Source: Vicugna vicugna
Taxonomy: Eukaryota
Direction of reading: 5' to 3'
Length of the DNA stretch: 62,000 nucleotides
NCBI GenBank assembly: GCA_013265495.1
Contig: MU058337.1
Coordinates: forward strand, 1,666,777 to 1,728,776
Below, in pieces: positions 1 through 12,524 of the stretch. Under the pieces are notes generated by a model. The model searched no databases. It worked only from the letters and a program-made list of their open reading frames with translations, and was not told the DNA's origin. Positions within the stretch are counted from its first letter, which is position 1, and every line of letters starts with the position of its first letter. The translations under genes were made by a program, and so were the position numbers.

Positions 1-563
1 TATTTTCTAATATTACCTCAAACACCTTTAACTTTTTTGTTCTTTGTACTCTTTTCCAAACAAATGCAGGGAAGTCTCCTGCCTCCTAAGTGTTGAGAAG
101 GGACTCTGTAATGCTGCAGAATGTTCTCTTTGGCCATCACCAGCCTTACATCTCACTGTTAATCTTTCCTAAGAAAAACAAGTCTTTCCTCTTGAAAGCT
201 TGGGACTTTTAAAAATAACAACCACAAAGTGATTTAATGTGCTCAATGCTCATCATAAATGATTTGTTTTCCTGAGTCCTACTGTGTCTTTTCTTGAAGA
301 ACAAGGAGAAAGGGGCAAGTCTGTACTGTGATCCACCCACCCAGGACCCAATCGTTTGCACTAAATTAACACTTCCTGTGGAGATTTTACTAATTCTCTA
401 CACAGTGACCCAGTTCCTAGGACTGTTCTTAAAAAAAGCAAAAAAACAAAAAACAAAAAAAAACAAGCCTCTCATGGGCTGGGCTGAAGCAGGAACAAAA
501 AGCTAAACTCTGTTTAAAATCTGGATGCTTTGGCCCATGAACCTTCATCCTTTACCCCCGCAG

Positions 564-658
564 GCTTGCCTAAAAGTCATAATGACCAAGAATTGACTCC
601 CACTGCCACGCATGAACACAAGCCGATGGAGGCTGACTTTCAAGAAGCTGGACTATGA
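564..658 (+). CDS. Putative terminal coding exon of an unidentified upstream gene
   Basis: Pyrimidine-rich acceptor ctttacccccgcag (AG 562-563). The phase-1 frame is open for 30 codons, (G)LPKSHNDQELTPTATHEHKPMEADFQEAGL, to TGA 656-658. ATTAAA follows at 801-806. Protein not recognised. Confidence 0.4.
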
Positions 659-800
659 TTATGTTGTTACCAAGAAACCAGAAGAAATTCTTCTTTGTGC
701 ATGAGGAGGTGGTGTAAGATGCTGGTCAACGACTCGTCTATACCTGTCCATGTTATTTGGGTCTTTGGAGTAGGACGACTTTGGCAAGGGTCTTTGTGCA

Positions 801-806
801 ATTAAA
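801..806 (+). terminator. Candidate polyadenylation signal ATTAAA
   Basis: ATTAAA about 140 nt after the putative stop, with TG-rich sequence near 850. Confidence 0.3.
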
Positions 807-1399
807 ATCCCATTGAAAACAAGAGAAAGGCTAATGTACACTCACACAGATGTGTGTACACCCACATGTACACACGTCCATGTCCACACACCATGTAGCC
901 ATAGGTAAACTGAGTGTTGTTATTTCGTTTGCCATCCTTTACTGTTTCAGAGGCTAAGGAATTCTATACCAAGTGATGAATTGGTCTCCAGGCGGTCACG
1001 TCTGGGCTTTAGAGCAGAGGGGACGATCATACTGGAGGCAGTGTTGTTGGGCGCAAGTATGCCTCCCCTTGGGAGCCAGTCTTTGTCTACTCGGTCTATT
1101 GGTGTTATGTCTAACGGTTACCTCCATTTAAGTGGATATCTGCTCTGGAGACCTCACACTGAGCCAAGGTCCAGTCCGGGGCTCCCTGGGAGGAGCTGGA
1201 AGCCTTTATGGAACAAGTAACATTCAAACACTCTGAATAACAACAACAAAAATATTAAGTGAACCAGCTCAGTCTGCTTATTTTGTGCTGCAAGTCCTGG
1301 AGACAGTTGCGGCCACATCAGGGGACAGACGTGCTCACACCAAGATAGCAGATACCACTGAAATGAATGCTCGAAGTTGTTCTTGGAAAACATAACTGA

Positions 1400-2290
1400 G
1401 TAAGGAAGATGCTTTAAACTAGACAGCAAATCTTGAATCCATAAAAAAACTGATTAGCTTGTCTCAGTGGAAGATTCAAATTCCATGTAAAAAACTACCC
1501 AAAGTCAAAATATAAAAGAACTAGAGACAAACATTGAGGCGTCATGGGAAGCAATGACTATTTATGGTATGCAAAGAGGTTTTGAATGTCTGAAATAAAG
1601 CGCTCTAAGAGAAAAATGGGCAAATGATATGAGGAGGTATTTCAGAGAGTAAAAAATAAGAATATCGAATATATCTAAAATATGCTAAACCTCAGGAAAT
1701 CCAAATCACTACAAAAGACATGTTTGGAGTTGAAAAAGGCAAATATTAATACATAAATTTGATCATATTCTGTTAGGGGTTTGGGGAAACAGGTCCTCCG
1801 ATATGTTATTGGTAGGAAAATTAGTATAAGACTTTTGAAGAGTAATTGGGCAATATTTATTATGATTTAAAATATCCATAATTCTGAACTAGTCCTGCTG
1901 TTCCAATTCTAGGAATGATCCTATAGAAACTCCTGTACAACTGCATGAACAAGAATGTATAAGTTGCAGGAATTGTTCGTAATGGTGGAAGGTTAGGTCC
2001 AAATATCTATTAATGCACAAATAAAGTCAGTATTTATATTGGGATACTATGTAGTCGTTGATAAAAACATAGAGGTCCGTACACTGACCTGAAGAGGATC
2101 TAAGATGAAGCAATAAAGATCCCAGTTTTATTAAGATTTTTAAAAGTACATTATACCTCTTAAACAATTTTGGAGAAAATATTCTCAGACTTGCTGGAGT
2201 GCTTACCTTGAAAGTGAGAGGAAGGTATAGGGGAGGATTAAGGGAGACTTTTACTCTGTTAAACTTTTCTATTTCTCTTTTACACCGAGT
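1400..2290 (+). mobile_element. Old L1 (L1ME-like) ORF2/3' fragment
   Basis: Degraded L1 motifs aaaatgggcaaatgatatgaggagg, ggggaaacaggtcctcc, ttccaattctaggaatgatcctatagaaa. Boundaries approximate. Confidence 0.65.
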
Positions 2291-2584
2291 GCTTATGGCT
2301 CTTCTAACCAGAAAAAAAAAAAGCTACATAAAATAAAAAGATGACAAGGCGGTTGCTTATGGCCAAGTCTGGATTATCTACAAGGTGTGCTGCTCATGTT
2401 GTGCACCCTGGCACCCCGTGACACGCACAGAGGCAGTCGGCTCTAAGGACAGTGCGAACGTCAAGGATTAGTCTCCTCGTTGTTGCAAGCCTTTCTTTCT
2501 CGTGCAAAATCGATAAGTATGCCTTGAATTCATATTACTTACCCTGGTTGAACAAGGGTAAATTTAGTAACGAATGTTAGTTGT

Positions 2585-2740
2585 CGATTTAAAAATACTT
2601 GAAATTGAAATTTTACCATGTGACAAAGGATGTGGAGGTCAACAAGACAGAGACTCTGCCCTTGTGGATGTCACAGCCCAAAGGTGGAGACAGGGGTGAA
2701 TCAATATGTCGAATAGTTACTTAATTGTAATTATGGGAAA
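2585..2740 (-). mobile_element. L2 3' end fragment
   Basis: aacaagacagagactctgcccttgtggatgtcacagccca resembles the reverse complement of the L2 3' end. Confidence 0.5.
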
Positions 2741-4057
2741 TAATAAATTATATTTTATAACATCGTTTTCCTGACAACTGATGCCAAGTTCATGGCACAC
2801 ACAGCCCCACAGTCTCCCCAAGGGGCCGAGAGCTCATTGCTTGATAACATCTTAAAGATACTGAAAAACTAGTGTGTTTATAGGAGACTTGGGATGTTGC
2901 CTGAAAATTTAGAAATCCCTCCTCAGATAGGATCCACGGATTCCCAGAGAAGTTCCTCAAAAATTAACATTTTCTTAACTCAGGTTTATTCCCAAATAGT
3001 CATACATATATTTGAAAAGCAAATATAACTGGGCCGGCTTTTGTTTTCCCCTTGTGTCTCCATATTCTGTAAGTCTCTTTGTAATCTTTTGAGATGTGGG
3101 TCCCGTTTGAAAACTCTTGATGTTTCTTCTACTTGCTGAAACTTGGTCTTTTTTTTCCGCCTTTGGAAGGACTGGAATTGAAATGTACATGATCAGGGGT
3201 GATGGGATTAAAGAATTTAATGAATTACAGAAGGATTTTATTAAGGAATAGCGATTATTCTTATAAACCACGAATTAATTTTTATGAATTAGGTCCAAAG
3301 AGCTTAAGTAAAACACAGCTAATATTTCATGAGTAATTTCAACCCTCTTTAATAGTACAAGTCTCTAGTGTGTAATATTTAGGTAATGATTATCATAAAA
3401 TAGACATCTTTTGAGGGCAATTACGTGTTCTCAATCCTTCTTTTATGAGGGAGCAGGGAGGAGGCTGTCATTACATCTGACAGTATATTTATCTCACCTA
3501 ATATTCATGATATTCTGATGGAGGAGCGGTTATCTTACTATAGAGGAGTGTATTTCTGGAAGCTCTGAATACTGATTCTGTGCTGCTAGACCTGTTCAGA
3601 CATGAAAGGCAGTGCAGTTCAGCCCCGCCGAGCACTGGCTGTTTCCAGGCGTGCAGAGTCGGTGATGTTGTTTATGAAAACAACGGTACATCTGTGGAGT
3701 AAATTCTCTGGGGGGCAGGTGGCCGGCTGGGGAGAAGAGAGGACAAAAGAGGATGCACTGACAAGGAAGCAGAGCTCTCTGGGCCGTGTCTGGGGAGTGA
3801 CATGTGCATCTGAAGATATAGGTGAGGATGTGTGGTCCGGCTTGTAGAGGAAATTGGGCTGGAGTGGGAGAGGCCCCAGGAGAGGCAGTGAGCTAAACGT
3901 GCCCACGTGCATTTTTTTTTCTTACTCTTGTGTGGGGACTAATTTTAACATGGAGGATGTGCTATGACCTTGCATCACTCCATTATTTTTGGGTTTTTAC
4001 AACCATTCTGGAATGTTTTATTTGAACCTCCTAGTTTTCTAATGGGAAAAGAAGGGG

Positions 4058-4150
4058 CTATTGTTCCTCATTTACAGGATTAAAAATTGAGACTTACAGG
4101 GTAATATCATGAAACTGGAACCCCAGGCCCCAAACAGGCCTCCTAAATCT
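4058..4150 (-). mobile_element. MIR fragment
   Basis: ctattgttcctcatttacaggattaaaaattgagac resembles the MIR core. Confidence 0.45.
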
Positions 4151-4479
4151 TATCAAGTCTGCCGTCAAATGATAGGACCAGGTCTGGCACGTGTCACAGA
4201 CTCTCAGGGATCAATTCCCATATGGGACCCTGGACTTACTCCAGGGTTAGTCTGTGCACAAGAATTATAGATCGTCTCACGGTTCAGAAGGATTCTGGTT
4301 TCTGCTAATGAACCTATTAAGCCAATTATCCAAATATGCTAAAAATAGCAATGGAAGAAGAGGAATGAATTTGTTTTTAGTTTATTTTTGCCTTTTGTTT
4401 TTTATAGTTCAGGAAAGAAGGCATATAGAACCTGGAAAGCTAAATGCTTGATTTTCTGATCTTTCTCATGGTTAGGAGT

Positions 4480-4795
4480 TCCTTGGGATATAGTTCTGGG
4501 CCAGTGACACTAAGAAGTATGTCTCTGGGGAGAACCATCCTTCCCTGATAACCAGTAGGAGCCCTAAGAAAAGAAAGCCCTTCATCCCTCTCCATTTGTC
4601 TTATTACATATTTGGACTTGATGGCTGGAGATGCAGCAGCCATCTTGTGATTCTGAAACAAGAGTCATTAGGAAATGTCAAGGAAGTTAGACACTAGCTA
4701 AGCTGCTGAACCAGGATGGGTGGCCACTGACTTCTGCGTGTCTAAATCTGTTCACTGAGGTTAGCGTTGGGGCATCTGTTCTTAGCTGATACATG
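4480..4795 (+). mobile_element. Old MaLR LTR fragment (MLT1I/J/K-like)
   Basis: ctggagatgcagcagccatcttgtga and a degenerate LTR end gcatctgttcttagctgataca. Confidence 0.5.
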
Positions 4796-6359
4796 TGTCT
4801 GAAGTTATTTCCTAAGCATCTATCTTTTGGTGATAAAGTGATATGCCAGATAAGAAGGAAGAAATATTAAATAAGCTGCCTACATTTCAAAAAGGCACTT
4901 GGTATAAGCACTATCCTTAACTCAAAACAATTGCCAAAAATCGATTTTTTTTTTTCTGTTTGAGATGCAAACAGATTTAATCATTTGGTAGCTGCCCGGG
5001 ACTACATTGCTATCAGTCAGTGGTACTGTGCCTTTTCAGTGTTTGAACGGAAAAGCACATCTGCTCCTGAAGATTAAAGATGGAGGCTTTCTGTCCTAGG
5101 GTCACCGAGACTAAATCACACACTTCCCAATCCTTATGGATATGAAAGATATCTATTACTTTATTCCGTAACCTGAGTTCACTGCGGGAATCATGAGCCT
5201 GGGCATATTGAGATCCCATCACAGGGAAGGTTCAGTTTCATGAACTTGCGCCCTTGGAGGTGGTGGCCTGGTGCCTCAAACCCCTCCCTCCTAAAGTCCT
5301 AAATCCCTGCTTCTGGGAGCCCCTGCGGGCATTTCACAGGGAATCTGGGGCAGACTTCTGGCCCCTGACCATTGACCTCCCCTGACTGTAATAATGTGAA
5401 TGCCTGTGATGTAATGAGGTTCTGCCTGTAACACACTAGGACCTTCAGGAGCCCCGAACTTGTGTATGTAGAGGGCAGCCCTGATGTCTTCCAGGTTCCT
5501 GACCTATGCTGTGTCCCCTGCGGGCCTGGGGGCCACAGACAGGCTGGTGTCCAAGTCCAAGTGGGGAGATACCTTTTGTTACTAATACTCCAACACCCAG
5601 ATCTAGACCCAAGTTGGGACCAATGTGTCATTTAAAATAAGAAAAGTATGCAAATACTAGACAGTAAATGAGATTGCACATGGTGCTTAGAGCAATGGTG
5701 TAACATGACTACGACGCACGTGGTGGTTCTGCCTCGGAGCTCACCTCCCCCACTTCCTCCCTCCAGCACCCACCGCGCTATGGGAGCCTCTCCCATCCTG
5801 GAGCAGGTCCTGGACAGCCTTGGTGCAGCAGGTGAACCATGGCCCTTTCATGTGATGCATGACAGCACCCTCCTGAGGGGAAGTTCAGCAAAAGACCCCA
5901 GGGAAGTCAGGTAAGAGCTTTTTAAGATTCTTTCCTGCAGATGAAAGTTTCCACAGAGAAGGTGGCATCCTCTCCTATAGCCCCCTGTGGGCGGTGCTTG
6001 CTCCATCTGGAACTTCGGAGCTGCTCACCAGGTGTGTATTCGACCCACGGAGCAAATCCATTTTAGCAACCCCAACCATTCGACAGATTTTTTTGTTTGT
6101 TTGGTTGTTTGTTTTTTTGCTATAATCATTTAATACTCAATCATTATTTTCTTGACCTGTTCTTTAGTTTTGAAACAAGTAGCTAACAGTGGGGAAAAAG
6201 GAGCTTTTATTTTAAAAAGTATTCAATTTCAGTGAAATTGCTCACGTGTGAACTGCAGTCTGCGCTTGTTGAATGAAAGTATCACATCTTGGGTTGGTAC
6301 TGTCTCAATGTTGAAGAGTTTAGTCTTTCTGGGTTTGCATGTGGGTTGAAGGAGCTCAA

Positions 6360-7110
6360 ACTCTGGGACGCGTACGTTCTCTGCACCTTCGTGGATTATT
6401 TCCAATCCCCTGTTTAAATGCCAGAATATTTAGCACCTCGGGGACTGGGCACCTGGGATGTGTGTGATGTGGGCTCAAGTGATTCCAGATTTGGAGGGAG
6501 TTCCTCTTGCCACTTCTGGGCGGTACTGGGTCAAGGTGTCCTGGGCCAGCCGTAACCCCGGGGCCGTCTGATACTGTGTTAAGGGAGAAGTCATACAGTG
6601 TGCTGATTCGAAGCGCACGTGGATTACTAAACTTCAAGTTGGTACAGCCAAGGCTTAGCGCTTGTGGAACAGAAGCTTCGTTCTGGGAGGAAGGCTCTCA
6701 TCGCGGGCGCTGTTCAGCTTTGCCAGCACCCGCGGTAACAGAAAGCAGGCTCTGAGCTGCTGTTACTATTGTTCTCACACTCGCCGCAGACAGCGCACCC
6801 CCACTCCCTGCGCGGGGCCGACAGCCCCCACCTGGCCCTTGGCCCGTGTCTGCCGCTGGGACCTGTGGCATCCTGGGCCTCCAGCCTGAGGTCAAGTGCG
6901 CGCGTGCCCCGGAGAAGGGGCGTGGTTTCCTGAGTTTTGTCTGCGGGAGCCTGCTTTCCTGATTGGTTAAGCAACGTTTAGTCAAGGTCCTTGAGTCCCT
7001 TCAGTGCAAGCATCTAACAGAGGAGGCCTTCCTGCTCAGCCCGTGCCCCTCCCGTCTGCTCTGCCGGGTGCTGAGGCAGGTCGTGCTCCAGGGACCGAAG
7101 CACCCAGCTC
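6360..7110. promoter_or_regulatory. CpG-enriched promoter-like segment
   Basis: Locally high CpG and GC content. Sp/KLF box GGGGCGTGG at 6917-6925 and Y-box (reverse CCAAT) CTGATTGGTT at 6959-6968. Confidence 0.45.
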
Positions 7111-7770
7111 TCCTGCCCTGTGGTTTCCAGTGGGGTTGACAGCAGGGAGCACCGTGTGATTTTGGAGTGTGGGGGAGGGGAGGGAGGCTGGACTTCATTT
7201 ACACCCTTTGCGTCCCGATAGATGGCTCCCTGAGTCCTGGCTGAGGCTGCGTCTCCCCATGGTCCAGCTCCTGCCCTCAGTGGCCCCCATCCCAGGTAGC
7301 TCTTGCCACGTTCTGCTAACACCGCATCCCACAAGGCCTGGGGCAGCAACGTCCTCCCTGGTGTTTCTGCATCCCTGCCTCCACCGGCCAGGTCACCCCT
7401 CCATCAGATGTGCTTCAGTCATAACTTTGCCATCTGCTGCTGGAACCCTGCCTGATCCTAGAACGAGTATTCCTTACTTGTCTCCCTGATCCCTTTAACA
7501 ACGTCTCCGATCCCTCATTGCGTTCAAAGACCCGAATTAGAGGATGAATATTTTTCCAAGTCTTTGTGCATTTTAATGGGATGTCGAATTCCTCGAGCCT
7601 TTTGGCTCTTCTCTGATTTCTTTCTAACTCCCCTCTGACAATTTATTACCCGATTCTGCTGTAAGTCCTTCACTTAGGTAATCACTTCTGAAATGACCCT
7701 CTTTTGCAGCCTGCTTCTGAGGTGATGCCCTTCAGACCTCAGGTCTGTTACCCAATCCAGACAGTTCCTT

Positions 7771-8221
7771 CTTTTTAAAAAACAAAAAAATTTTGAAGTA
7801 TAGTTGATTTACAATGTTTTATTAGTTTTTGGTGTACAGTAAAGTGGTTCAGTTATACATGTATATATTCTTTTTCATTATAGGTTATTACAAGTTACTG
7901 AATACAGCTCCCTGGGCTATACAGCGGGACCTTGTTGTTTATCTGTTTTATATATAGTGATGTGTGTCTGCAAGTCTCAAACTCCCAGTTTACCCCTCCT
8001 TTCTGCTTTGATAACCATGAGTTTGTTTTCTATGCCTGTGAGTCTGATTCTGTTTTGTAAATAAGTTCCTTTGTATTTTTTTTTAGATTCCACATATAAG
8101 TGATGTTATGCAATAATTTGTCTTCCTCTGTCTGACTTACTTCACTTAGTATGATCATCTCTAAGTCCATACATGTTGCTGCAAATGGCATTGTTTCATC
8201 CTTTTTTTATGGCTGAGGAAG
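7771..8221 (-). mobile_element. 5'-truncated artiodactyl/camelid L1 3' end
   Basis: ttgaagtatagttgatttacaatg...agattccacatataagtgat...ttttatggctgag. Flanked by a 13-bp TSD cagacagttcctt (7758-7770 and 8222-8234). Confidence 0.9.
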
Positions 8222-8844
8222 CAGACAGTTCCTTTTTGATTCTTCAAACCCTGAGACCAATTTTGTTCACCCCCTTTCTCACAAAGGCTCCAGGAGTGAG
8301 ACAGCCTTCCTCTTGCCTTAGCTGCCTCCTTCTGACTGGAATTCCTCTGCCCAGGGCGGCAGTGCCCCCCACCCCCGCCTCAGGGTCTCTAAGACAAGCA
8401 CACAGGCTTCTGCCCTTGCTACTGAGAATGGAGAGGGCAGCTGGGGAGTGATATGCATCATAGACACAGAGGGAAAGGGACAAGATGCCAAGAAGGAAGG
8501 CTCTTTGGTCTTCTTCCAAATAAGAGTAGCTGTGCTTGTCACTGCCTGTCCTGACTCTCTGGAGAGACCTTTTTATGGGGGTTCACATCTTGCTTGAGAG
8601 GGAGGCTGGTTGCTGGAGCCAGCCATGGATGCCGTGAAGAGGTGGGCATGGCCAGAGCTGGGGAGAGTCTCGGCCTTTTAAAACATCTCCTTTGTCTTAT
8701 TGTCAGCCAGACCCTTGGCCCCACAACCCTGTGGATGTGAAAAGGACTTCTCTTTTTGGTCTCCAAAGGTTTCTTTTCAGGAATTTTGTCTACATTGGAT
8801 AGAAACAGAATGATGTCTAGAACTAGGTACCAGCCTTTTGAAAA

Positions 8845-9188
8845 CTGAATTCATTTGCTAGGGCTGCCTTGAGAAAACACCCCAGACTGCAGGGCTCACA
8901 CAAGTTCTGGAGGCTGGAAGCTGAGGCCCAGCTGTCAGCCCCCTGGGTTCTTGGTGAGGGCCCTCCTCCTGGTTTACACAGGGCTGTCCTCTTGCTGAGC
9001 CTTTACGTGGTGGGGAGTGCAGTCATCTCTCTGTGTCTCTTCTTTAAGGGCATGAATCCCATTCGTGAGGGCCCCACCCTCATGACCTGATCACCTCCCA
9101 AAGGTCCCACCTTCAAAGAGCATCCCGCTGGGGATCAGGGCTTCAGCGTGTGAATTATGAGGAGACGCCGGACCTTCAGCGCACAGCA
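8845..9188 (-). mobile_element. MaLR solo LTR (MLT1A-like)
   Basis: gttctggaggctggaag...gagggccccaccctcatgacctgatcacctcccaaagg...cacagca. A second MLT1 fragment follows at about 9189-9300. Confidence 0.8.
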
Positions 9189-9825
9189 TGGAGGCTGAAC
9201 GTTAAGATCAAGGTGCTGGCAGGGTCTTCTTATCACCTTGGCTTACAGGTGGCTGCTCCCGCTGTGTCCTCGCAGAGCCTTGTCTCTATCATGCATGACG
9301 TGTGTCTAGCTCTCGGCGGTCTGAGGGGTGTAGGCTTGAACTATTTTTTGTTACCGGAAAACTGGAGGGTCTGAGAGTGTGAGTGGGTGGCACCCAGGTG
9401 TAGTGGGGAGAAAGCTGGCTTCGGTTCAACCAGGGGTAGGTTCCTTCCAGCAAAATCTTTTTGCTGAGAAGGATGAGTATCTATTACAGCCTTCCCTCTC
9501 TGCACAGAGTTTTCCCCTGTCACTTGCTAATCTTAAATACCGTGGAAATCCTTCTCTCTTGCAAGTCTCCAGGCCCCCACCTCCCAGACTCTTTCTAGGT
9601 CAGCGTCTGCTGCCTTGAGCTGCTCCCCACTGCTGTTACGTTCCTTGCTGGGTGGCGTCACTCACTGCAGTTTCAGTCACTGGTGTGTTTTGTTTTAAAG
9701 AGGCCCTTGCCCTTACTAGCAGAATGAGCAATCTCAACAGCAAATTGAAGGGGAGTTCTATGAATTTCATGACGATAAGCCAGGCAATATATAACTGATT
9801 TTTCAAAAATGCATCTTGGCAGCAG

Positions 9826-9846
9826 TTTTTTTTTTTTTTTTTTTTT
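9826..9846. repeat. T21 homopolymer
   Basis: Read directly from the sequence. Confidence 0.95.
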
Positions 9847-10511
9847 AAGAAATTTGACTTGGAGCTTCAGCATGGAAAACAGAAAGTAGGAGGGGTCCTG
9901 AGCACCCTTCCTGTTTCCTTTCCAGCTCAGCGGTGGAGCAGGGGGGTGGAGTGGGAGGGGCCCCACACACAAAGAGGCTGACCCAGGCCCTCTGTGAAAG
10001 CCACCGCGAGTCTGCGCTGCAAGGTGGTTATTAACATTCTTACAGTAGGTTGGCCAGTGTGGGATATACTGATTAAGGGTAATGAGAGGTCAGTCTTGGA
10101 GAGACGGATAATAATTCGTCATTGAATAGGATGATGAGGTTAAGAGCTTCTTGGTGAGGTTGTATCTACAAAGTAATAAGCTGTCAAAGTGGAACAGATT
10201 TAGGAGGGTGAGTGGAAGGCACCTTGCTGTGCTAGGGTCATATTGGTAAAGTGGGGTGTTGAAACTTTTTTTCCTTTTTATAGGTGATAAAAATAAAAAT
10301 GTTTTGGGGTTTGAATGATTAAGCCCCCCATGCTAATAATTAAATAATTTGTTGATGAAGGAAAAGAATTAGTGGTGACTCTAATCTCCAATCTGAGTAA
10401 TATATATCAAAAATGCTAGGTTGTTGAAGGTTGAGTTATAGGATGACATTCATAGGCACTTTCAATGACATTTTGCATTTAGGGTATGTTTTTAAGACTG
10501 TTTATTAAAGA

Positions 10512-11590
10512 AAAATTAATAGACCTTATTTTTAGAGCAGTTTTAGGTTTAGGGGAAAATTGAACAGAGAGTTCCTGAAAACCCCCCTCACTCTCCTCCC
10601 CAACCCCAGTTCCCCCCATTATTAACATCTTGCACTAGTGGGGTGTGTTTGTTACAATTGATGAACCAATAGTGATACATTATTATTAGTATGTACTAAA
10701 ATATATATAGTCATCCCTCAGAATCTGCCAGGAATTGGTTCTGTGACCCCTGGGGACACCAAAATCTGAAGATGCTCAAATCCCTTACAAAAACATAGCA
10801 CAGTATTTGCACATAACTTAAGCACATCCACCCATGTACTTTAAATCATCTCTAGGTTATTTATAATACCCAATACAATGTAAATACTATGTAACTAGTT
10901 GCCCAGTGTGCGGCAAGTTCAAATCTTGCTCTTTGGAACTTTCTGGAATTTTTATTTTAAATATTTTTGATCCAGCGTTTGTGGGATCTGTGGATGCAGA
11001 TCCTGCAGCTACAGAGGGCTGATTGTAGTTTGCATAGTTCAGTCTTTGTGTTGAACATAAGTTTTGACAAACGTCTAACAACACATATCCATCATTTTAG
11101 TCTCATATGGAATCATTTCAATGTCTGAAAAGACCCTGCATCTCCTCTCTTCATCCTTCACCCCACCTCCTGGACTCTGGGAAACACCGACCTTTTTACC
11201 ATCTCCAAAGTTTTGCCATTCCCAGAATGTCATATAGTTAGAATTATACACACAGTATGTATCGCTTTCAGATCGGCTCATTTCCTGCAGTGATACACAT
11301 TTAGGTTCCTCCACACCTTTTTGTAGCTTGATTGCTCGTTTCCTTTTAATGCTAAATAATATTCCATTGTCCAGATGGACCACAGCTTGTGTATCCATTC
11401 ACCAAGTGAAGCCCACCTTGATTGTTTCCACGTTTTGGCAATTAAGAATAAAGCTGCTGTCCATGCTTAGGTGTTTTTGTGTGAATGTAAGTTTTCAGAT
11501 CATTCGGGAAAATACCAAGGAGTACAAAGGCTGCATTGTATCAGGGTGTGCTGATTTTTTAAGAAGTCACCAAACTGTCTTCCAAAGTAG
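10512..11590 (-). mobile_element. L1MC1/2-like 3' end, interrupted by MER2B
   Basis: tttagagcagttttagg...tttgttacaattgatgaacc...cagaatgtcatatagtt...caaactgtcttccaaag. The ORF-track peptide at 11075-11398 resembles the L1 ORF2 C-terminus. Confidence 0.85.
10708..11025 (+). mobile_element. MER2B-like TcMar-Tigger DNA transposon
   Basis: Terminal inverted repeats tagtcatccctc ... gagggctgattg with TA flanks. Internal tactttaaatcatctctag and ttggaactttctggaatttt. Confidence 0.85.
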
Positions 11591-12461
11591 ATACTCATAT
11601 TTTTTGACTTTTTTGTTTTCCAAACTTACGGCCCTGGTTTCAGTCTTTTTGGTAGTCCGGTGCTTGTAATGGTGATGAGTCCTCCATTAATTCTCTTGCC
11701 TATATTTTGCTTTTTTGAAAAGAGGGTTCTGAGAACATACATGTATTTTTTATTTTAATTTTTAAAATAAGAGCTAATTTAAGATAAGGAAAACCCAGAT
11801 ACAAGAATGAAAGGTTTTTGCACATATTAATTTCATAGTTAGCTCTGGAAAGATCAGGATAGTAAGTTTTTCCAATTGCATTTAATATAGTTGTTAAAAC
11901 TATGGCACTGAGTTCAGCTTGGTGGCTGACACCGGGCCTAGACTTCAGGACTCCAGTGACGTATCTCAGTGCTTTGCCAATTAAATTCGCTCACTTTCCA
12001 AAAAGGAAGACATGAAAGGTATGTCTGCATTTCATTGCCATACCCAATTCCAGATCAGGGCGAAGTTCCAGTACAGTCTGATAAAGTGTTATCAGTCAGG
12101 GGAAAACAGAACCACCAGGAAATTTGAATGATGAGATTAGCTGCACCTCTGAGGCCATTTCTGACGGTTAGCTGAGGCTTTGAAAACTGTTCTAAAGATC
12201 GGGGGTCACCTATCCCTGATGGGTGAAAATGATTTCTGCTCCGTGGCCAGGAGGTGCCTGCGTGCATGAAGGGTCTCAGCAACTAATGGAGTGTGATCCT
12301 ACCAACCCGAAGGGAAATCTCGATTTCCGCTGAAACTTAACTTTTGAAGGGTTCAGGGATTTAAAAATCACTCTTTTCTGGAAACAGCTAACATACCTAA
12401 GGGAAAAAATGAGAAATTTAGTTTTTTTCATGGAAACTTTAGACCTTATGATGATAACATA

Positions 12462-12462
<1 letters not shown>

Positions 12463-12499
<37 letters not shown>

Positions 12500-12524
12500 A
12501 AGAAAGAAAAGAAAAGGAAAGAAA
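12463..12524 (+). repeat. A35 tract plus GAAA-rich tail
   Basis: 35 A (12463-12497) followed by gaaagaaagaaaagaaaaggaaagaaa. Confidence 0.95.

Noticed and set aside
5830..5916. Strong donor CAG|gtaaga at 5910/5911
   Set aside because: No convincing acceptor or recognisable peptide. It may be a non-coding exon but this is unsupported.
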